Source: a virus (taxonomy: Duplodnaviria; Heunggongvirae; Uroviricota; Caudoviricetes). From it: a DNA stretch of 10,407 bases. The position numbers and the translations under genes are program-made. The stretch is from the IMG/VR virus record IMGVR_UViG_2713896778_000036; one strand, written 5' to 3'. Under the pieces are notes generated by a model, which searched no databases, had not been told where the DNA came from, and worked only from the letters and a program-made list of their open reading frames with translations. Positions 1-5,035 of the stretch are shown in pieces (position 1 is the stretch's first letter; each line of letters begins with the position of its first letter).

Positions 1-711
1 ATCCCGGTGCTTGTTCAGCTCCCGCAGCGCGGCGCAGACTCGCTCCCACTTCTGGACATGATTTTTCGCCCGACGCAGTTCGCGGTTTGCCATATGCAGC
101 GATGGTAAAACCAGGTCATCCGCTCGCGTTTCAGTAAACGATGGCAGCGACTGCACAATGTCCGCCACCGTTTCTGTTTTAATATCTTCCTGTGTTGCAG
201 CCTCCTGTACTGGTAACGCAACACCTGTGGGCTGAGGAAAGGCCTTACCATCAGTTTCCGCTACCGATGCTGCTTTCGGCTCTGCTGGTAAATTATCGCC
301 CGGTATGCAGTAACGAAATTTACCGTTCTGGTTTACGCGAATCAGGCGTCCTTTGCTGATAGCCATTGCCAGCGTTGAAGCTACTTTGCGTGATGTGGTA
401 CCGAACAATGTAGCCAACTCATCCGCCGTTTGTGGTCCACGTTGTTCAATCGCCGCAGTTAAATCGCACTCCGAAATTTTCGCGACTGTTGCCGTGGTGG
501 TTTCTTCCGGCAGTTCTGCCTGCTCTGGCTGTTCCTGCTGAACGTTGTTATCAGCCACACGCCAGGTGTATACGCTTTTATCAACGAAACCAGCCTTTTT
601 CAGTTCCCACAGCTCGTTCAGTACCTCTTCACGACTGATATCAAGTCGCGCAGCCAGTTCTACCGACGTGGCTTTTCCCATTGCTTTCAGTGCGTCAAAT
701 ACAGTTTCCAT
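1..711 (-). CDS. ydaW-like hypothetical protein with two winged-helix-like segments; partial, 3' end lies beyond the window start
   Basis: Hand translation of the minus strand from ATG (complement of 709-711) gives 237 codons with no stop down to position 1: [53 protein letters not shown]... GGAGG lies 8 nt upstream of the ATG (complement of about 720-724), 21 nt after the ydaV stop. Absent from the ORF track because it has no in-window stop. Family assignment is positional (downstream of ydaV, as in Rac), not sequence-verified. Confidence 0.6.
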   Translation of the reverse strand, partial: METVFDALKAMGKATSVELAARLDISREEVLNELWELKKAGFVDKSVYTWRVADNNVQQEQPEQAELPEETTTATVAKISECDLTAAIEQRGPQTADELATLFGTTSRKVASTLAMAISKGRLIRVNQNGKFRYCIPGDNLPAEPKAASVAETDGKAFPQPTGVALPVQEAATQEDIKTETVADIVQSLPSFTETRADDLVLPSLHMANRELRRAKNHVQKWERVCAALRELNKHRD

Positions 712-732
712 TAAAACGTCCTCCAACAAAAA

Positions 733-1479
733 TTACTCCGCAATTCCTGGCTGACCAACATTCGGACGCCAGCTCTCCCAGTTAAAATTCACCCATCGCC
801 CGCCGTTCATGGTCATGCGATCCATAATCCGCTCACCGAGCAATGTTTTCATGGCCTCATAGTTCAGGTTTGTCAGCATCCCCACGCTGCGCATCGACGC
901 TGTCCGGCGATCAACAATCTGATGCAGCACCACCTGCTCGTTTTTCGTCTCGCGCTGAATGCCAATTTCATCAAGAACCAGCAGATCCACTTCGCACAGC
1001 TCCCGCAAAAATTTTTCGCCTGACTGCCCGTCGTCATAGCTGGCGTGCAGGGCGCTCATAACATCAGCCACGGTAACCACAATCACTGTCTGACCGTCTT
1101 TCAGCAGGCGATTCCCGATAGCTGCCGCTAAGTGATTCTTCCCGGTACCAGGTTTTCCGCTGAACGAAAAATTTGTACACCCGGTCATCAGTTCATCGGC
1201 GATGGATTTCGCCTGGCTTAACGCGTATCGCTGGCCGTCGTTCTGCACCTGGTAATTCGCAAACGAGCATTTACGGTGCAACGGCTGGATGCCAGAGCGA
1301 TTCAGAATTTTTTCCACCCGCAACTGACGATTCAGGCGGTTGATCTCCTCGCAACGTTTCTGTCCTTCAGCAAGTTGCCACTCACGCCACTCCGCAACCG
1401 TTCTGAATGGGGCGGTTACATGTGGTGGGGTCAGTCTGCGGATACGCTCCAGAACGCCGCCTGTCGCAATATTTTTCAT
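733..1479 (-). CDS. ydaV: DnaC/IstB-like AAA+ replication protein (helicase-loader-like), YdaV family
   Basis: 248-aa ORF; Walker A GKPGTGKNHLAAA and Walker B DLLVLDEIG motifs; same length as K-12 YdaV as I recall; 6-nt gap from the ydaU stop; G-rich stretch upstream of ATG. Confidence 0.85.
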   Translation of the reverse strand: MKNIATGGVLERIRRLTPPHVTAPFRTVAEWREWQLAEGQKRCEEINRLNRQLRVEKILNRSGIQPLHRKCSFANYQVQNDGQRYALSQAKSIADELMTGCTNFSFSGKPGTGKNHLAAAIGNRLLKDGQTVIVVTVADVMSALHASYDDGQSGEKFLRELCEVDLLVLDEIGIQRETKNEQVVLHQIVDRRTASMRSVGMLTNLNYEAMKTLLGERIMDRMTMNGGRWVNFNWESWRPNVGQPGIAE

Positions 1480-1485
1480 GGTCTG

Positions 1486-2343
1486 TTACCCCCTGAAGCC
1501 TGGCGGGATCGCACTATCCGGTAGCGAAACGGTGTTAACCTGTCGGAGTAACGTCTCAGGTCGAACACCTTTCGGCGCGAACAAGCCCTGGTATTCATTG
1601 GCGATGCTGTGTCGAATCACCTGCTCAGGTGAAAAACCCTGCTGGCGGAATTTTTCCAGCTCCCGTATCGCCCCGTTAGCGCCCTGCTCCGTTCGAATCG
1701 GTTTACGCAATGCCTGGCGAAATTCAACCCACTCACGCCAAAGCGAGACAGAAATCCAGTTCGGCAAAGCAATATCCAGAGGGTCAAACTTTTTGACACC
1801 TCGATTCCCCCGGGGGGGATTTAGGGGGGGATCTGTTTTTAGATCTTTATCTGTATCTTTATTAGTTGCCTTTGTGTTGACATCATGTTCAAACACCACT
1901 TCAACATCTGTTTGAACACCTGTTAAATTTCTCTCTTGTTTTTTTTGAACATCTGCTTCCTTTCTGCTTCTTCTGGCCTGAACAGATGCTTTTCCTGCGG
2001 CTGATTTTTTGGTTAATTTTTCCCTGACTGATGCCAGATCTTCCTCAATCCGAAGATGCACCCATTCCTCGCCGTTATCGCAAAAAAACTCCTGCAAGGA
2101 TGGTTCAACATCAGCCCATCGCTCGTTAGTCAGACGGGCAATTTTTGCCAGTCTGTTTTTAGGTATTGGCTTTCCTGTTTGCCAGTAATTGAACATCAGC
2201 AACAAATACGCACCATGCTCCTCTGCTGACAAATGCATGGTGTCAGCCAAGTAATCAGCTATGTACAGTTGCATGTATGGTAATGCGGCCATAATTGCCC
2301 CGTATGATGCTGCCCGGTGGCTTAGAATAAGCACAAACAGCAT
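1486..2343 (-). CDS. ydaU: DUF1376/YdaU-family putative replication protein
   Basis: 285-aa ORF, same length as K-12 YdaU as I recall; starts 12 nt after the ydaT stop. Central low-complexity K/E/D-rich linker. The conserved N-terminal motif (YMQLYIADYLADT) begins near residue 23, so an internal start at 2292 (MAALPYMQLY...) is possible. Confidence 0.8.
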   Translation of the reverse strand: MLFVLILSHRAASYGAIMAALPYMQLYIADYLADTMHLSAEEHGAYLLLMFNYWQTGKPIPKNRLAKIARLTNERWADVEPSLQEFFCDNGEEWVHLRIEEDLASVREKLTKKSAAGKASVQARRSRKEADVQKKQERNLTGVQTDVEVVFEHDVNTKATNKDTDKDLKTDPPLNPPRGNRGVKKFDPLDIALPNWISVSLWREWVEFRQALRKPIRTEQGANGAIRELEKFRQQGFSPEQVIRHSIANEYQGLFAPKGVRPETLLRQVNTVSLPDSAIPPGFRG

Positions 2344-2355
2344 GGAAACTTTTGC

Positions 2356-2778
2356 TTAATGAACAATGACAGAATCTTCGGAAGACCCGCCGCCGCTGAA
2401 ATGCGCTTTCCGGTAAACGGCCTGGACTGCATCATCATGCGCATCAATTGCCGTACTCAACGCTTCCTGCGCCGCCAGTAATGCACGGCGTTCCAGGGTA
2501 TCGAAGATGCAGAGTCGGTGACGCAGCTCGCGCGGAATAATTGCCAGAACCGCAGGGATCAGTTTCTGAATTTTTTCCCTTTGCGCTTTCGTTTCACCTT
2601 TCAACCAACGGTGATAGATATTCTGCTGATTGTTCCAGTCCTTGCCTGGTACCAGGGGCAATTCGCCGCCCCCCTGGCGCAGATATTCTTCAGTAATTGC
2701 GTTAGCGACCCACGCCTGCCCTTTTTCGGCTGCCAGGGCTAACAACACTGATTCGATGTGCTCATGCCTGATTTTCAT
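2356..2778 (-). CDS. ydaT: YdaT-family protein (reported as toxin and/or CII-like regulator in Rac/CP-933P-type prophages)
   Basis: 140-aa ORF MKIRHEHIESV...SEDSVIVH, same length as K-12 YdaT; AGGAG 7 nt upstream of ATG (complement of 2776-2778); start overlaps ydaS 3' end by 17 nt. Confidence 0.8.
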   Translation of the reverse strand: MKIRHEHIESVLLALAAEKGQAWVANAITEEYLRQGGGELPLVPGKDWNNQQNIYHRWLKGETKAQREKIQKLIPAVLAIIPRELRHRLCIFDTLERRALLAAQEALSTAIDAHDDAVQAVYRKAHFSGGGSSEDSVIVH

Positions 2779-3037
2779 GAATCAACTCCTGTGCATTTTG
2801 CGTGTTAGCCTTACATCCAACAGGTAAACCATCGGTCGGATTAGGGTAGATATCAGGCCGGAGTTCATGAGGTGTAACCTCGAAATTCGTAGCCTCTGCG
2901 ATACGCAATACCTTTTCAGGGCTTAACTGACTACGTCCAGTAGCAACGAGGCTAATCATTGATTGCGAACAACCAGCCAGCGCGGCCAAACAAGACTGTC
3001 GTACACGATTTTTTTTCAAATATTCATCTAATGTCAT
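2762..3037 (-). CDS. ydaS: YdaS-family Cro-like HTH protein
   Basis: HTH core QSCLAALAGCSQSMISLVATG and the family-typical HELRPDIYPNP. Track ORF starts at 3076 (104 aa) but that ATG has no SD; the ATG at 3035-3037 has AAGGTG 7 nt upstream and sits downstream of a predicted promoter, giving 91 aa (MTLDEYLKK...). Confidence 0.7.
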   Translation of the reverse strand: MTLDEYLKKNRVRQSCLAALAGCSQSMISLVATGRSQLSPEKVLRIAEATNFEVTPHELRPDIYPNPTDGLPVGCKANTQNAQELIHENQA

Positions 3038-3141
3038 AATGGTCACCTTAGTAATGCTCACAAAAATATTAACCATACTAATTTAAATGATCAATACCTA
3101 TATCAGTTTGAGATTATGAACTGTATTCATAAGATGGTGGT
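3038..3141. promoter_or_regulatory. Divergent promoter/operator region between ydaS (Cro-like) and racR-like repressor (PR/PRM analogue)
   Basis: Minus strand: TTGATC (complement of 3089-3094) - 17 nt - TAATAT (complement of 3066-3071) upstream of ydaS. Plus strand: TTGAGA (3108-3113) - 16 nt - TAAGAT (3130-3135) ending 6 nt before the racR ATG at 3142. Hexamers read by eye, no experimental support. Confidence 0.45.
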
Positions 3142-3606
3142 ATGAGAAGAAAACGCGAAGAAATCGCATCGCCGGAAGCTACGCAACGTCTGCGCGCAAT
3201 CTGGGATGCAAAAAAAAGAGAGCTCAAACTGACTCAGGAGCTTGCTGCCGAGCTAATGGGTTTTGAGGCGCAATCTGCGGTTAGCCATTATCTCAACGGA
3301 AAGGCTCCACTTAATACTGATGCGGCATTAAAATTCGCTGTATTACTAAGAGTTAAGCCTGAAGAGTTGAGGCCTGATTTAGCTGATCTGATGAATTACG
3401 TCCGTTCCTCAGGAACTTATGACGAAAGTTTCGAAGGCGAAGGTTGGCGGATGGTTAACAAGCAACAAGCTGATTTACTAGATCTTTTTGATATCCTTCC
3501 CGAATCAGAAAAAGCAAAACTAATCGAAAGACTTAAAGGTCAGAATGAACTCTACAAAGAAGCATTTGAAAATATGCTGGCAGCTCAAAAACGCATGAAG
3601 AAATAG
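3142..3606 (+). CDS. racR: CI-like prophage repressor with N-terminal XRE/lambda-CI-type HTH and no S24 peptidase domain (RacR position)
   Basis: 154-aa ORF; LTQELAAELMGFEAQSAVSHYLNGKAPLNTDAALKFAVLLRVKPEELRPDLA resembles the lambda CI N-terminal domain; C-terminal half is predicted helical and charged. Sits between ydaS and ydaG exactly as racR does in K-12 Rac; symbol is positional, sequence identity to K-12 RacR not verified. No usable SD before the ATG. Confidence 0.65.
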   Translation: MRRKREEIASPEATQRLRAIWDAKKRELKLTQELAAELMGFEAQSAVSHYLNGKAPLNTDAALKFAVLLRVKPEELRPDLADLMNYVRSSGTYDESFEGEGWRMVNKQQADLLDLFDILPESEKAKLIERLKGQNELYKEAFENMLAAQKRMKK

Positions 3607-3627
3607 CTCCCACCATCTCGTAACTAA

Positions 3628-3651
3628 ACCGCCATTTTTGGCGGTTTTTTT
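3628..3651 (+). terminator. Rho-independent terminator downstream of racR
   Basis: Perfect 7-bp stem ACCGCCA (3628-3634) / TGGCGGT (3639-3645), 4-nt loop TTTT, followed by a T run to 3651; 22 nt after the racR stop. Confidence 0.65.
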
Positions 3652-3746
3652 GTCCCCTCCGCCCGCCCCCGCCTTACTTTTTATCAAAAAAACACTAAAA
3701 ATTTCATTAGGATAGTACATTTTTATCAACGAAATGCATATTTGTG

Positions 3747-3775
3747 TTGATCATTAATATGAACATAACTAATAT
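3747..3775 (+). promoter_or_regulatory. Candidate sigma70 promoter for the ydaG-ydaF early-left operon (PL analogue)
   Basis: TTGATC (3747-3752) - 17 nt - TAATAT (3770-3775), the same -35 and -10 hexamers as the predicted ydaS promoter; about 65 nt upstream of the ydaG ATG. Confidence 0.35.
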
Positions 3776-3841
3776 TATTACAGAAGCAGCACGGCGCTGT
3801 AGGTTTTAGTTCCGCCACCCGGCGTTAAAGGGAGAGATAAA

Positions 3842-3976
3842 ATGGTGCATTACGAAGTAGTTCAGTATTTGATGGATTGTTGCGGTATCACTTACAGCCA
3901 AGCTGTACAGGCTCTACGCAGCAACGACTGGGATCTCTGGCAGGCAGAAGCCGCTATATGCAGCAACAAGATGTGA
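3842..3976 (+). CDS. ydaG: Small protein YdaG (44 aa), unknown function
   Basis: ATG 3842 with GGGAGAG about 8 nt upstream; translation MVHYEVVQYLMDCCGITYSQAVQALRSNDWDLWQAEAAICSNKM matches my recollection of K-12 YdaG in length and sequence. Not in the ORF track (under 60 aa). Confidence 0.6.
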   Translation: MVHYEVVQYLMDCCGITYSQAVQALRSNDWDLWQAEAAICSNKM

Positions 3977-3986
3977 GATTCGCAAA

Positions 3987-4139
3987 ATGCAAAAAATCGA
4001 CCTCGGCAACAACGAATCCCTAGTGTGTGGCGTGTTCCCCAACCAGGATGGAACGTTCACCGCCATGACGTATACCAAAAGCAAAACATTTAAAACTGAA
4101 ACAGGCGCACGTCGCTGGCTTGCCAAAAATACCAGCTAA
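3987..4139 (+). CDS. ydaF: Small protein YdaF (about 50 aa), unknown function
   Basis: ATG 3987, 10 nt after the ydaG stop; translation MQKIDLGNNESLVCGVFPNQDGTFTAMTYTKSKTFKTETGARRWLAKNTS; matches my recollection of K-12 YdaF (51 aa) apart from the C-terminus. Not in the ORF track. Confidence 0.55.
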   Translation: MQKIDLGNNESLVCGVFPNQDGTFTAMTYTKSKTFKTETGARRWLAKNTS

Positions 4140-4337
4140 ACCATTTATTGGATTAATTCAATATTCTTGCTGTAGGGGTATAGCCGAGGCCACCAAAGCC
4201 CGGAGGTGGTGAAATAAAACCGGGCACAACACGAAGGCGCATTTCCGGTATCCATAAAGAGTCGGTCTTGTCTGTCAAATTTAAATGGTGGGAGTGCGCC
4301 TCCGGTTGTGAATAACAACACTGCTGTGTGTAGTCTT

Positions 4338-4384
4338 GGCGGCATCAGTTTTTTCTTGAAGTTCGACTGATGTCCGCCCTTTTT
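4338..4384 (+). terminator. Candidate intrinsic terminator or attenuator hairpin upstream of kilR
   Basis: GGCGGCATCAG (4338-4348) pairs with CTGATGTCCGCC (4367-4378) with a 1-nt bulge, 18-nt loop, followed by CTTTTT (4379-4384). The long loop makes this a weak call. Confidence 0.3.
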
Positions 4385-4563
4385 AAAGTGAATTTTGTGA
4401 TGCGGTGAATGCGGCTAAGCGCACGCGGAACAGTTAAAAAGCTATTGTCCTTCGTAGCAGAGTTATGGGTGAAATATCCGGCGTTAATTGTTAACTGGTT
4501 AACGTCACCTGGAGGCACCAGGCACCGCATCGACAAAATTCATTTGTAAAAATGGAGATAATT

Positions 4564-4785
4564 ATGATTGCTCATCACTTCGGAACTGATGAAATACCAC
4601 GTCAGTGTGTGACCCCTGGCGATTATGTTCTTCATGAAGGCCGGACATATATTGCCTCGGCAAACAATATTAAAAAGCGAAAACTTTATATTCGTAACCT
4701 GACCACAAAAACATGCATTACTGACCGCATGATTAAAGTCTTCCTCGGTCGTGATGGTTTACCTGTAAAGGCGGAGTCATGGTGA
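4564..4785 (+). CDS. kilR: KilR-like small protein (Rac prophage cell-division inhibitor family)
   Basis: 73-aa reading [73 protein letters not shown] from ATG 4564 with GGAG 6 nt upstream; length and sequence match my recollection of K-12 KilR. Track ORF starts 4 codons earlier (4552) without SD; no start codon further upstream, so the 91-aa RacC cannot be encoded here. Confidence 0.65.
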   Translation: MIAHHFGTDEIPRQCVTPGDYVLHEGRTYIASANNIKKRKLYIRNLTTKTCITDRMIKVFLGRDGLPVKAESW

Positions 4786-4955
4786 TGACTAAGAAAATAA
4801 AATGTGCTTATCACCTTTGCAATAAAGGAATTGAAGAAAGCAAAAGTATTAAAAGACCACTTCATTTCATGCGTGGAGTTATCCCAACGACGGAAATGAA
4901 AAAATATTGTAGTGAAAATTGTGCCGAAAAAGACCAGATGGCACACGAACTTTAA
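4785..4955 (+). CDS. ydaE: YdaE-like small Cys-rich (putative zinc-binding) protein
   Basis: ATG overlaps the kilR stop (TGATG). 56 aa: [56 protein letters not shown] with Cys at 7, 12, 42, 46. Same length and similar sequence to K-12 YdaE from memory. Not in the ORF track. Confidence 0.65.
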   Translation: MTKKIKCAYHLCNKGIEESKSIKRPLHFMRGVIPTTEMKKYCSENCAEKDQMAHEL

Positions 4956-5035
4956 CTAACTGACTATTCGAAACTGAATTTATGCCAGCAATGGCAGGTG
5001 GTCGCTCAACCTTAAAATAGTTATGAGGTTTATCA

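Noticed and set aside
15-754. Track ORFs 15-251 (-), 353-541 (+), 432-638 (+), 545-754 (+)
   Set aside because: All overlap the ydaW-like minus-strand CDS in other frames or on the other strand; Arg/Ser-rich translations, no RBS.
1340-1915. 191-aa plus-strand ORF
   Set aside because: Antisense across the ydaV/ydaU junction, both of which have clear domain support.
2518-2827. Plus-strand ORFs 2518-2742 and 2630-2827
   Set aside because: Antisense within ydaT/ydaS; no RBS.
3520-3729. 69-aa minus-strand ORF
   Set aside because: Overlaps the racR 3' end and runs through the racR terminator hairpin and C-rich tract; no RBS.
3793-3806. nut-like boxA (CGCTGTA) in the ydaG leader
   Set aside because: Only a partial match to the boxA consensus CGCTCTTA, no convincing boxB hairpin after it, and no N-like antiterminator gene evident.
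3914-4126. 70-aa minus-strand ORF
   Set aside because: Antisense to ydaG/ydaF, which are supported by SD sequences and by matches to recalled K-12 proteins.
4145-4536. Two contiguous minus-strand ORFs (66 aa and 63 aa) as real genes
   Set aside because: No SD for either, one starts at TTG, and neither looks like a folded domain; not called as CDS but kept as a possible sieB remnant in the findings.
4686-4946. 86-aa minus-strand ORF
   Set aside because: Antisense to kilR and ydaE.
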